Program-made: the position numbers and the translations under genes
The notes under the pieces: model-generated
Databases searched by the model: none
Seen by the model: only the letters and a program-made list of their open reading frames with translations
What the model was told of the DNA's origin: nothing
In this document: positions 24,111 through 37,407 of the stretch, piece after piece
Layout: the number at the start of each line of letters is the position of its first letter
Position numbering within the stretch: position 1 is the stretch's first letter
NCBI GenBank assembly: GCA_032718475.1
Contig: JAUCBJ010001640.1
Span: forward strand, 6,842 to 70,841
DNA: 64,000 nucleotides
Direction of reading: 5' to 3'
Source: Nemertoderma westbladi
Taxonomy: Eukaryota; Animalia; Xenacoelomorpha

Positions 24111-26232
24111 TCCAGCGCTTGCCCAGTAGCCTACGAACGCGACGACGCGTACAATCTACCCCGGTCGGAATCCACCACAGTCAACTCCAGTGGATTCCGT
24201 CACAAATTTCAGAAATTTGTTTTTTATTGCATCTACAGCAACAGCAGAATTTAATGGGGATTTTAAATCTGAAGGCGTGGAATATCCGTCTGCCAATCAA
24301 TCTGTAGAAATATAAGACAGAGAATCGACCGACGGACAGACATCAGCTACCCCGAAAACCCCCGTAAATATAATTTTAGCTCGGTGGTGTGCTTTCTTCC
24401 TGTCAGACATTATTAACCAACCAGACCCCAAACAGGTAGTTTTGCGCGGGAAGGTTTGAACGTTGAAGGAAATTATCTTAGAAGGAGATTTTTTTCTGAT
24501 TTAAAAAACTACTCCTCCGCCATTTCTTAACTGTTTTTTGAAATGTATTCTTTATATGAATGATAATTCCAAAAGCTTAAATAAATTTCGGACAGTTTTT
24601 TTGACTTCACAATATTTCCACATTTTTTCAATGAACAATTGGAAAAAACATGGTATTTTCATTTTATTAAAAATTTTGAAATTATTTTTACAAAATTGTC
24701 AGAAATAGAAAATACAAAAAGTGGCCAAAAAATGTGATGAAAATGAACATCCCAATTCCAAAAAATGTTGTATCGGAAAATAAAAAATGGAAAATAACGG
24801 AGGAGTGCTCTTTTAATGTAATTTACAAATCACATGCGCTCCGCTAGGGGGCTCCAAAGTTTTTTTTCGAACTTGTATTTACTTTTGAGGATTCCCTATT
24901 CGAAGCATATATAAATTTAGAAAAAACATATTGGGGATAAGATACCGGTAGTCTATAAAGTGAAAAATATCTTTATGTGGCAATAATATAGGCCTACATA
25001 CGTATAATATACACATACAGTAGGTATACGTACTGTAGGTATTTTCTGTTACTTGATTAGAATTACTTAATAGAGCGTGGCAATAATAATGACTGACTTA
25101 GCGGTAAACATGTAACTACTGTATGTAGTACCGGTACAGTACAGTTTATAATCCGTAATTACAGTAGACAGGGAACTATTAATAACTTAATAACTTCTGA
25201 CGTTTTATAATTTACTTATTTTTACACTGCAGACAGAGAGGTGAGATTTAACTGCAGATTTAAAAGAAGGGTTGATAAGGCAAAGCTGTCCGATTTTTTA
25301 TACCGTTAGTACTGTAGTATCCAAAATAATCTAATACAGCGCTGGTCCTGTGGGGCGAGCCACGAAGTGAGTGAGCCTAAGCGTAGGGGTACCATTAATC
25401 AACCTGTCGTTCTGTCGCGTTTTTTTTCAGTATTTTATTTTAAACGTCAATAACTCGGCCAATCCTTGATGAAATCTATCCAAACTTGGAACACATGTTG
25501 TTTGGCAAAAGTTTGAAAATTTTCCAAGTAGAATTTGCGTGGGGCCTTCGTGCAGCATCAGTGTAACTGTTATTGCAGTTATAATAAATTTATTTATCCA
25601 AATTTAAAATGCGTTAAATTATTATTACTGTAGGATAAATCAGCTGGGTTTCTGACAAATTTTGCAATACATTGGGGGTGTCTGCATGTACCATGTGTAC
25701 CGGTACTGTCAGGCTGTACTCAATCCCTGAATCGAGAATCCTGCAATCAGTCAATACTGCAATACTGGTCAGCCGGTACCATACACTGCAGACATGCCAT
25801 ATCATGTAATCTAATTAAACATGGCCCTGGCAACCCTTGCGGTGATTATAGTTTAAGCCTAATAGCCCAGTACCGGCACCGGTAATAATAATATAATAGT
25901 TTAGATACTGAGATAGTTACCGCTAATCATTCAGTCATTGGCACGGTACACCGTATTTCTGTACTGCCGTTGTAGTGCGCACCGTAGGTACCACCCTACT
26001 ACCGGTACCGGCTGACCGGTGGCAACTAACACTTCAGCACACTTGCACAGCACTGCAGCAACAGCACTACCGGCGATACACAGGTTGGAATTTATGTAGA
26101 GTTTGCTCAACAGTACAGATATAAAATAGTTATCTAAATTATATATTTAACTATTATGACAAGTATTGAAATATATACCGTTATTCGTGTTATCAGTATT
26201 TGCAACATCTGACATTGAAGAGGTGAGAGAAG

Positions 26233-26365
26233 ATGAATACCGGCACTCAACAAAACCAACGCTTATCACAGGTCGGTATGGTTACCTCGAAACCGGCGCG
26301 ACTGTCCACTCGAATACAACTTCAAAACACAAACGCCAACAATAAACTGAAAGCGAATCGAACGT
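26233..26365 (+). pseudogene. 5' half of a LINE-ORF1-like fragment interrupted by the BEL element
   Basis: Joins in frame to 35193 after removing the element and one TSD copy. Confidence 0.5.
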
Positions 26366-27726
26366 TGTTAAGACGAACGGCCGCCCAAAGTAGACTCCAC
26401 GGGGAAATGAGTTTTTTAGCCTGATGTTTATACTATTTAATTATTATTTTTAACGTGATTTGCTTTGTGTCCTATCTATTTGGTGTACTATTTTTAGCTT
26501 GCAATTTATCCTATGAAATCTATGCGGTGTATTATTTCGGCTTATAATTTATTTATGTCTTTAATTATTATTTTTAACGTGATTTGCTTTGTGTCCTATC
26601 TATTTGGTGTACTATTTTTAGCTTGCAATTTATCCTATGAAATCTATGCGGTGTATTATTTCGGCTTATAATTTATTTATGTCTTTAATTATTTACTTAG
26701 TGTATTATTTTTCGGCGTACAATCTATAATGTTGATCTATTTGCTGGGTGATTATTTTCGGCTTAGGGCTTGTTCTGTATGGATTTTGTTGGTGTGCGTA
26801 CTTGTATATTGGCTGTGACGACATCTATTGGGTTATGATTTTTATTGGTGGGCCGTGAGTTGATCATTGGGTTTATTTTTAGCTCGGTTATTATTGGTAT
26901 GTACCTTTAAACCTCGCCTGGGGCGGGCTCGGGTATTGCTTGGGGTGGGCATACTTAGCTGCTATATTGGATATGTAAACACGATTGGCTTCTGTAAAGT
27001 TGTAGGATAATATGTGGCCATTATTGCTTTTGTAAGTTTTGATTGGAGGATTCCTTTCGGGAGAGGGGGGGTGTATTCAAGGCTTGGCTTTGTGACATTA
27101 TTGCTTTGAATGTTGTAGCTAATAATAGCCTATGTTAGGATGGTTGAAGTTTGTGTTACTCTATTGTTGCAAGGGTCAAACTGATTATAGCTCGTTTGCT
27201 TGTCTGCCCGTTGAGGTAATGTGCAGTTTGTTCGGTAATCTGTTAATACCTTTTATATTGGTTGAGTTTTGGTATATAAACTATAGTTATGGGATTCATT
27301 AGTCAGTAGCCTACGAACCCCAGCCAACTGTCATGTCATTTAACTAAATGTTTTTCTTTTGGTCCCTGCCGGACCGGTAATTTTATTATTATTATTAATG
27401 CAATTTTGCGACTAAATTTTTACTGTCTGATTGAAATTAAATAAAAATTAAACCTCTACACTGAACGTATTTAACTATTTTTCTTTATGTTTTCGTCATG
27501 GTGAAAACGAATCACGGGCTCGCCGATCTCTAGATCTAGGAAGTTAACCACCCGGACAACCCCCCCCCCCCCCCCCCCCTACCCCTCTCGTATAGGCATA
27601 CTCTTTAAAAAAGGGCAAGCACATACCAGGCTACCGCACTCCCCACACACTCCACGAACCTTATAGGGAATCGAAGGCAACCACATGCTGGCCTGGTAGA
27701 TAGTCTGCACACACCCCCTTTTTACA
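26366..27726 (+). repeat. BEL 5' LTR (1361 bp, internal 124-bp tandem duplication)
   Basis: TGTTAAGACG...TTTTACA; direct repeat of 33973-35187. Confidence 0.96.
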
Positions 27727-27749
27727 TTCGAACCGGATACTACCGAACT

Positions 27750-30700
27750 ATGGATGACACCATCCGTGGGGATTCTGGCAATACGGAACCGGCGATCAAC
27801 GATACCCAAGACGGGCGCAGTCGAGCATCCTCCCCCACCGGTAGCGCTAAAACCACGGCGAGTTCGGCGGCACGACTTGCCAAACATGGAGCTCGGATGA
27901 TCGGCTTCCGAGTTCAAGCCGAACGGGAACGGATCCGTAAGGAACAGTTGAGGGCAATAAAGGAACGAGGATGGATACATCAGGAACAGGAACGTAAACT
28001 GGAAGAATTGAGGATCTCCGAGGAACGTAAACTGGAAGAATTGAGGATCTCCGATGAACGCGGGCTGGAAAAACTGATACGAGAGGCTGCTGAGGTGGAA
28101 TTCGAAGCGCGACTCTGGGAGGAAGAAGCTAAGGAGGACTGCGAGGAAGGACTCTCGGGCAGGCTTCGGGAGTTCGACGGTGAGTTGGATCCAGGAACTG
28201 AGGATGCCAGACCGTCTCACGGTGGCGCGGTCAGGGGTGAAGGGACGGACGGACCTGAACCATTCGGGTTCACCGTCTCGCCTCAGGGAAACACGGAACG
28301 GTGGGCGGCAACAGATAACCCGGGTGTCATATAGGTACGGGCGGTCATGGGGTCGGAGAGTGTACCGGTACGTACACAACGTGGCCCCCAGCCAATGGCT
28401 TCATCCTCCCCAAGGCCGGAACCGAAATCGGAGGAAGAAGGACGCGAGATTCGGGGCGCGGCACAACGTCAGGGTGGCGTTGTGGCAACCCCGGTCGTAA
28501 CGGACTATGGTCGGGGTGCGGTGCAATGTCAGGGTGGCATTGCACAAGTCCCGGTCATAACGGGCCATGGCTGGGATGCGGCACGGCGCCACGGTGGTGT
28601 TGTGGAAATCCCGGCTGTGTCGGACGACAACAACCTTCGGGCGGATAGGAAACCCTTGGGTTTATTCGGGAACTCTCAGACTGTGACAGAGGTTAAGCCG
28701 AGGGATGTGGGGGCCGCCTACAACCTTCCGCCTATAAAACCTTCGGCTCGATCAATGGACGACGGGGCGCCAGAGGATTACGGGCGACTAGACGCCCATG
28801 CACAACCCTTTATCCCCAGGGATCGGACTCCCCATTCTTCCGCGGATCCCTGGGTAGGGTCGGTCGATTCGTGGATTGACGAACTCATCCCCGGAATGGA
28901 AACTGTAGTTCGGGGTGGCGAAGGAGCACAGAGTCTGGAGGTGGCGCTAATGCGACTCGGGGACGAACGGGGCGCGCTGGAGGTGCGGCTGCTGCGGTTC
29001 GACGGGAACCCGATTCAGTGGCCGCAGTTCATCGAGCGGTTTTACGAGCTCGTACACCGTCGTGTACATTATACGGATGCTCATCGCCTCCCGCTGCTTC
29101 AAGGGCAACTCGACGGGACGGCCAAGGATACCGTTGCGGGGTACGGTTGCAGCGGTGGAGCTTACGCCCAGGTGCTCCAGACTCTTAAATGGCAGTTCGC
29201 GCATCCATCACTCGTCTCCCGGGTCTTTATAAACTCTATCGCGGAGGGGAAACAGATCCCCGCGCGGGACAAGGCAGCATTGAGACAGTTCCATACGAAT
29301 ATAACTCTGTGTATTTATACACTACGGGCCATGGGTAATCTCGCGGACATATACTCTGTGGAAACGCTGCGGCGGGTCTATATGCGACTGCCCGATCACC
29401 TGCAATGGAAGTGGCAGCAGCATTGCGTAAATATCAGAGAGGGTTCCGGTCGCGGAACACCGGAAGACCCATCGCTGATACACCTGGAGACATGGTTGGG
29501 TCGCTGTGTGCGAGCGCTGTTCGAGCCAACCACGACAGACTTAAGCGAGTTTACCAACTACAGCTCCGGGATCGGGAAGCCACGGTTCGTAAAGCCGAGA
29601 GAAGAAACCTTGGCTAAACGCGCGGTAGCGCTTGTCTCTGGGGACGTGAGGAAGGGGACGAGATCGGAGAACCTGAACTCGGTTAGCCATTCGGTATCCT
29701 GCCGCTCTATGGACTGTTGCGTCCTCTGTCAGGGGGATCACACAACGAGAAACTGTGAGAACTTTAAGGGTCTAACGACGAAGCAACAAATGGATAAAGT
29801 CCACATACTCGAACTCTGTTTTAAGTGTTTGGAAGCGGGCCATCGGGGCGGCGACTGCCCGAAGCCGGTACCGTGCGACGCAGGGGGTTGCGAACGGTGG
29901 CATCATCCCCTCTTACACATGGCCTTCAACGAACTAAACTCGAGGATCGGCGGTGGGATAACGGGAATCGGGAAAGAGAGATCCGGTTACTCGGCGGCTA
30001 CGGCGGATTGCGACGTGGTATCGGACGACCACGCGACGGGGTGGGAGGAGGACGGCGGTGTTCTCCTCCCTATTGTACCGTGCCGGCTTTATGGGAAAGG
30101 AGGGACGATGGTAGAGGGCGTCGTCATGCTGGATCCGTGTAGCGAACTGACTTTGATTGTCGACGAGGTCGCGAATAAACTCAGGTTGGGGGGTGAACGG
30201 CGCACATTAACGATAGGGAATGTCGAACGGGATGGGCCGCAATGGGAGGCGCGGAAGGTGGCTTTCGGTATTGGGCCGCGGGATGGGAGCCACAAGGCTG
30301 TGGAAGTGGGCGAGGCGTGGACTATCTCCGTTATAAATGTACCGAGGCACCGTATGTCATGCGATAACCTCACAACATCGTATCCTCATCTCGTCGGTAT
30401 ACCAATACCGACAGATGTGGATTACTCGCGGGTTATAGCACTCATTGGCGCCAACGTACCTGAGATAGTCTGCCCCTTAGAGGTAAAACGGGGGGACCCG
30501 GGGCAGCCTTATGCACTACGGACTCTGTGCGGCTGGACGGTATGGGGGCCGGTGGGCGCTGGTAGAGGGTCGAGGGTTACACGGAAACATTGCGGGGTGA
30601 TGGGGAAGGCGGGCGATGGGAAATTGGATAAACAGCTCGAGGAGTTTTGGACCACGGAGGGCTTTGGGACGAAGTTTAATGAGGGTCGGCTGACTTCGCA

Positions 30701-33700
30701 CGACGACCGTACGGCGATGAAAATGATGGAAGCCTCCAAGAAAAGGTTACCTAGCGGTCGCTTTATGGTCGGGATGCCGTGGAAGGAATCGAGACTGAAA
30801 CTCACAGACAATCGAGCCACGGCGCGTTCGCAACTCTTGTCGTTGGAAAGGAAATTCTCTAAAAACTCTCTGTTCGAAAAACTCTATCGGGAAATGTTGG
30901 GCTCGTATATTACGGACGGATATGCGCGCCGCACCACGAAGGAAGAATTAGAGAAGAAAGACGACCGAGTCTGGTATCTTCCCCATCACGGCGTAGTCTC
31001 GGCTAAGAAACCGGGAAAGGTGCGCGTCGTATTTAACGCTGCCAACCGCCACCGGGGGGTAGCGCTTAACGATAAGCTTTACTCGGGACCGGACTTGTTA
31101 AACACCTTGGCGGGAGTTCTCATGCGATTCCGGCAAAACAAAATCGCATTCGCCGCCGATATTAAAGCGATGTACCACCAAATTCGTGTACCGGAACGGG
31201 ATCAACGCTCACTGCGGTTTCTCTGGCGCCATAGCGTTACCGAACCGATACTCACTTATCAGATGACGGTTCAGGTATTCGGCGTTATCTGCTCCCAGGC
31301 GTGCGCGTGTTACGCGTTGAGGTCTGCCGTCCTGGATGACCCGTGCCCCCCGGACATACGGCGCGCGGTCCTGGAATCCTTTTATTCGGACGACCTATTG
31401 GGATCGACAGCCGAGACCGCACAGGCCATTGCGTTAGTGAGAGGGCTACGGGAACGACTCTCAAGGATTACGGGATGCACCTCGTAAAGTGGGCCAGTAG
31501 TTCGCGGGAACTACTCGGGACCGTACCGTCGGAGGAGCGGGCAACGCCAACCATCGACTTGTCCGGGGACGACTTACCAACGGATCGAGCGCTTAGGATT
31601 AGCTGGGAAATGGAAGGGGATGTGATTAGATTCGACTTCGCGGGAGTTAGCGAGGAGGGTTCGAAACGGGAAATTCTGTCCACAATAAGTTCTATTTTCG
31701 ATCCACTAGGATTCCTCGTTCCCGTAATATTTGTTGCTAAATGTATCATGCAGAAACTCTGGGCGTTAAAGATGGATTGGGACAAACCTATACGGAATGA
31801 GGTTCTTGAGATATGGCTGGGATGGAAAGACGATGCGAAAAATCTGTCGGGCCTGCGAATTCCCCGATGGTACGAAACGGGACTCTCAGGGTTAGCGGTG
31901 GGCCGGGAGATCCACGTTTTCTGCGACGCATCCGAAGAAGGCTTCGCGTGTGTGGCGTATGTTCGTTCGGAACTCAGCCACAAGTCGGCGCGATGCTCCT
32001 TCGTTGCGGGGAAGAGCAGGTTGGCGCCAATGAAACGACTGTCCATACCTCGACTGGAACTCCAGGCGGCGGTGCTGGGGATCCGCTTAGCTGAGACTTT
32101 AAGGGGAGAGCTAAGGATGGTAATTTCCCGAACTGTCTATTGGTCTGATTCCACAACGGTGCTGCGGTGGATAGGAAATCCTTCTAGGCGTTTCCACACC
32201 TTCGTCGGGAATCGGGTTGCCGAAATCATGGATTCGTCGGAACGAACGGATTGGCGGCATGTACCGGGGGATCTTAATCCGGCGGATGACGGGACGAGGG
32301 GACTCGCAGCTGCGGAGCTAGTTGAGTCGAGCCGATGGTTCCAAGGACCGCCATTCTTACGAACCGAACCACGGAATTGGCCCGCGTCGCCAATTATTAA
32401 GGAGGACGATACAGATCCCGAGATCAAACTTTGTGGGGCCTCGTTTCGCTCGTCCGGTCGGGCAGGGGCGGTTATTGACTTACGGCGGTATTCTCGCTAT
32501 CGCCAGGCGCTGAGGAGGGTTGCGTGGGTGATGCGGTTCATCCACAACATCAAACGGGGGGACCGATCGACTCGACATTCCGGACCCCCCTCAGTTGACG
32601 AACTAGAGGACGCGAAGATCGGAATGATAAAGGGTGATCAATCCGAATTCTTCGCAGAAGAGGTTGAGCGAATCCATGCGGGGAAGGAGATTCATCGAAA
32701 CAGTCCCCTAAGTAAACTCCAACCATGGTTATCGGGGAACGGGCTTCTGCGAGTCGGAGGTCGATTACATAACGCGGATATAAGCGAGGAAGCGAAACAC
32801 CCAGTCGTCCTCGCGCACGGCAGTCCTTTGGCGAGACTGTTGATCTGGGAGGCGCACGAACGGTTGGGACATAGCGGGGTCGAGGCGGTGCTGGCGGAAA
32901 TACGCGAAGCCTACTGGATAACGCGGGGGTGAGCCACGATAAAGGGAGTCTTGCGTGGTTGTTATCCATGCCGATGTCGGCTGTTACGTCGGCCGGCGAC
33001 CCCTTTAATGGCCCCACTGCCTAAGGAGAGGGTCGACTCGAACGCACCTGCTTTCTATTATACGGCGGTCGACTACTTCGGACCGATCGATGTCACCCAG
33101 GGCCGGTCGACTGTGAAGCGCTACGGGGCGCTGTTCACGTGTCTCGTCACCCGAGCGGTCCATCTCGAGGTAGCTTTCGGCCTTACGACGGATACATTCC
33201 TCATGGCGCTACGCCGATTCATGGCGAGACGTGGGAAACCCGGGGTTATATATTCTGACAACGGTACAAACTTTCAAGGGGCGGATAATGAACTAAAGCG
33301 ATGCATACGGGAAATGGAGGAGGGTGAGGAAGGACTGGCCGCGAGAATGGTAGAGTATGAGGTTAAGTGGAAATTCATCGGGCCGTTGAGTCCTCATTTC
33401 GGCGGGGTGTGGGAGAGGCTCGTTCGTTCGGTAAAGGATATCATGGTGACGGTCCTAGGATCTCAGCGGATACATGATGACACGTTGGCCACCGTATTCG
33501 CTGAAATAGAGGTGATATTAAATAATCACCCTCTCACCCCTGCGAGCGATAGCGTTGACGACTGTACGGCATTGACCCCGGCGCACTTTCTGATGGGGCG
33601 ACGGTACACCCAGAAGTGTCCCGGCGTGTTCACGCACGCGGATACAATAGGCAGGGTCAGGTGGCGGCAGGCCCAAGCGTTAGCGGAGACGTTTAAAAGG

Positions 33701-34000
33701 CGATGGGTTAAAGAATATCTCCCGACGCTCACCGTGCGGAATAAGTGGAACTGTGATACCCCTAACCTCAGCAACGGGGATTTGGTAGTAGTCCTCTCCG
33801 TGGGGAAGCTAAAGGATACTTATGAATTGGAGCGGATCGTAGAGACACATCCTAGCGCAGACGGGCGAGTAAGGACGGTAACTGTACGCACCCCGAGTGG
33901 CATATATAAGCGGCCGGTCGCCATAATCGCTTTACTGGAAGCGTGCACAGTTCGGGAACCGAACGGGGGGACTGTTAAGACGAACGGCCGCCCAAAGTAG
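27750..34000 (+). pseudogene. BEL/Pao gag-pol polyprotein with two in-frame stops and one frameshift
   Basis: Gag FDGNP..WP.F...F, CCHC knuckles, protease LDPCS, RT YLPHH/ADIKAMYHQI/FYSDD, RNaseH HVFCDAS, integrase VDYFGP/SDNGTNF/GGVWERLV. Stops at 28332 (TAG) and 32930 (TGA); frameshift near 31460. Confidence 0.95.
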
Positions 34001-35187
34001 ACTACACGGGGAAATGAGTTTTTTAGCCTGATGTTTATACTATTTAATTATTATTTTTAACGTGATTTGCTTTGTGTCCTATCTATTTGGTGTACTATTT
34101 TTAGCTTGCAATTTATCCTATGAAATCTATGCGGTGTATTATTTCGGCTTATAATTTATTTATGTCTTTAATTATTATTTTTAACGTGATTTGCTTTGTG
34201 TCCTATCTATTTGGTGTACTATTTTTAGCTTGCAATTTATCCTATGAAATCTATGCGGTGTATTATTTCGGCTTATAATTTATTTATGTCTTTAATTATT
34301 TATTAGTGTATTATTTTTCGGCGTACAATCTATAATGTTGATCTATTTGCTGGGTGATTATTTTCGGCTTAGGGCTTGTTCTGTATTGATTTTGTTGGTG
34401 TGCGTACTTGTATATTGGCTGTGACGACATCTATTGGATTATGATTTTTATTGGTGGGCCGTGAGTTGATCATTGGGTTTATTTTTAGCTCGGTTATTAT
34501 TGGTATGTACCTTTATACCTCGCCTGGGGCGGGCTCGGGTATTGCTTGGGGTGGGCGTACTTAGCTGCTATATTTGATATGTAAACACGATTGGCTTCTG
34601 TAAAGTTGTAGGATAATATGTGGCCATTATTGCTTTTGTAAGTTTTGATTGGAGGATTCCTTTCGGGAGAGGGGGGGTGTATTCAAGGCTTGGCTTTGTG
34701 ATATTATTGCTTTGAATGTTGTAGCTAATAATAGCCTATGTTAGGATGGTTGAAGTTTGTGTTACTCTATTGTTGCAAGGGTCAAACTGATTATAGCTCG
34801 TTTGCTTGTCTGCCCGTTGAGGTAATGTGCAGTTTGTTCGGTAATCTGTTAACACCTTTTATATTGGTTGAGTTTTGGTATATAAACTATAGTTATGGGA
34901 TTCATTAGTCAGTAGCCTACGAACCCCCAGCCAACTTATTTAACTGTTTTTCTTTACGTTTTCGTCATGGTGAAAATGAATCACGGGCTCCCCAATCTCT
35001 AGACCAAGGAAGGAAACCATCCGGATAACCCCCCCCCCCCTACCCCTCTCGTATAGGCATACTCTTTAAAAAAGGGCAAGCACATACCAGGCTACCGCAC
35101 TCCCCACACACTCCACGAACCTTATAGGGAATCGAAGGCAACCACACGCTGGCCTGGTAGATAGTCTGCACACACCCCCTTTTTACA
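33973..35187 (+). repeat. BEL 3' LTR (1215 bp)
   Basis: Near-identical to the 5' LTR but lacking 27330-27467. Confidence 0.96.
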
Positions 35188-35192
35188 AACGT

Positions 35193-35420
35193 CTTCAGAA
35201 GAATCTGTCATTGGGACGAAGAAAAGGAAGCCGAAACCACGGGAATGGACCACAGCTAAGATTGAATGCTCCCATTGTTAGAGTTCCTGGACCGAAATTG
35301 AAACACCAATTGCCAATGGGCTTGATCTCTCAAACCAAAACTTCCTCTGCGGGGTTTGCGTGGCAGTAAAGATTGAAAGTCTGGAAGCTGGCATCCCTAG
35401 GTATTATTATTATAAAGAGC
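35193..35420 (+). pseudogene. 3' half of the LINE-ORF1-like zinc-finger fragment
   Basis: KIECSHC*SSW...FLCGVCVAVKIESLEA: CxxC...CxxC followed by a leucine heptad. Confidence 0.5.
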
Positions 35421-37407
35421 GTCAGCCTGCGTTTAATAAATATATTTTAATACAAAACAGGTCGAACGCAAAGAGGCTTATAATGAAGACGAGTAGGCCT
35501 ACTGCATTGATTATATTCCTATAAACCACCTGGCTTTGCATATTGAACGTGCGTTTGGAAATAAGTTCGTGCTACCCTTCCGTGGGTGGTAGATGTCGCG
35601 GTTATGTATTGGTGGGTGGGGGGAGGGGGGGGGTGCAGATTAAAAGGGGTGAACACGTACTGTCCCCCTTTCTTTGATTAATTGGTGGTGTGGGTTAATC
35701 TCTCATAACCTGATTTTGTGATACAGTCGCACAATTTTAATTTGTATCTCATAACTGGGCCTCGTGCTGCGCGAAGGCCCCACGAACGTGTAAGAGAAAG
35801 TGTAGGCCTACTATGTAGACCTACTGCTTACTCTTTGACTTAGATTAGTTGTTATAAGTCAAGCAATGTAAATTTGGGTGACATATGGTGATGGTGATTC
35901 AATATTATACAGCAATTAACAAACGATGGGGTTTCATTTAAATAGTATTTTAATACGATAAATTATCATATTAATCCGGCAGATATCCTATCCATTAGTC
36001 CGGCAGATATCTACCATTTTTTCACTGAACATTGCATGGGAGTATAATATAGTAAATACTTTGGGTGATTTTGGTAAGAAATTTTATTGTGATCAATATT
36101 CCGACTGATGATGCTAAGGTTGTATCATTGAGGAATTTGTGTAATTATCAATTTAACAGAAATTAATCACCAGGAACAGTTAAGACAATTCATACCGATA
36201 CAATTGCTTTCATTTATTTTAGTAAGAAATGTAATGTTGAAAATTAGCAAATGGTACAACAGGTTTCCATTACAATAAATTAAACTTTACAACACCGGAG
36301 TCACCTCACCATCTTATGGTAAACTTTTATGACAATTTTCATTTCAGTCGCGTCAAATATTTATGTAAAGTTAGTTTTTCTATGTATTTGGTTGTAAGTT
36401 GAATTTAATATTGTACATCAATTGCAATTGTTGAATGTTTTTATAAGGTCATTTTAATGGTACACTATTTTGGTCCAAAATATGTCGAAATTATTTTTAT
36501 GATCTATTATAACGCACGATTAAATTTTGGTTCCAAATCTGAAAACCGCTATTTAATAGCTCTTTTAGTTTTCAAGTTATAACAATTTCCATTTAGGGAA
36601 TCCTGTTGAAATTACTATTACTATATATAATGAAAGGTCAGTAATGGTTGACTGATGCGCCTGTAAATAGCCTCTCGTCAATAATGAAAGGTCGATTATC
36701 TCCAAATATTTTTTTTTATGAAATTGTCAACTTCAAAACCCCACTACTTCTACAATTTTTGAGTAATTAGTCTGAAACTTTCTGTGGGTGTCTAGATAGC
36801 CACCCTGCATAAAAGTATCAGACAACTTTTTGAATTTTTTTTTCGCTGACAGTGATAAATCAAAGAGTTGTCCGAAAATGGTGTACCCCCCCCCCCCCCC
36901 CCCCCATCTTAATTGTTGAATGGTTTTTTAAATATATTTAGATACAACCTGAAATTTAAAATTAAAGTTGATGCAATGGTATGTTATTCAATTATTTAAT
37001 AAAGTTAATTTAACTGTACAAATCTTCATTATCGTTACGATATATCACACTTTTTAACTTGAAACCGAGGCTGTTCCCATTGGAATAATAGTGAGTTAAA
37101 ACGTTCTGGAACACAACCTTGTGGAATCGAAAATCGTATTGCCTTTGCATATAAAGTCATGACCCGGTGTAGAATTTGGTAACTTTGAAAACACTCAAAG
37201 ATGCCAGTTGGGCATCAATCGGATTATTGATGACAACAACATTACCTACCATAATCAGTTAAAACATTTACTACTGTATATACTTCAACGAACGGTATAT
37301 AATGCAATAACTGCCGGACTACATGTGGGCCGGCCTCAATTATTACAAACTTGTAACAGGGATTTTGACAATTATGAAATTATGACAGACACCACACTAG
37401 AAAAATG

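Larger units (their letters stand above)
26366..35187 (+). mobile_element. Full-length BEL/Pao LTR retrotransposon
   Basis: Two TG...CA LTRs, perfect 5-bp TSD AACGT (26361-26365, 35188-35192), PPT before 33973, gag-PR-RT-RNaseH-IN order. Confidence 0.97.

Noticed and set aside
27579-33774. Antisense and alternative-frame ORFs in the BEL element
   Set aside because: Shadows of GC-rich gag-pol coding sequence.
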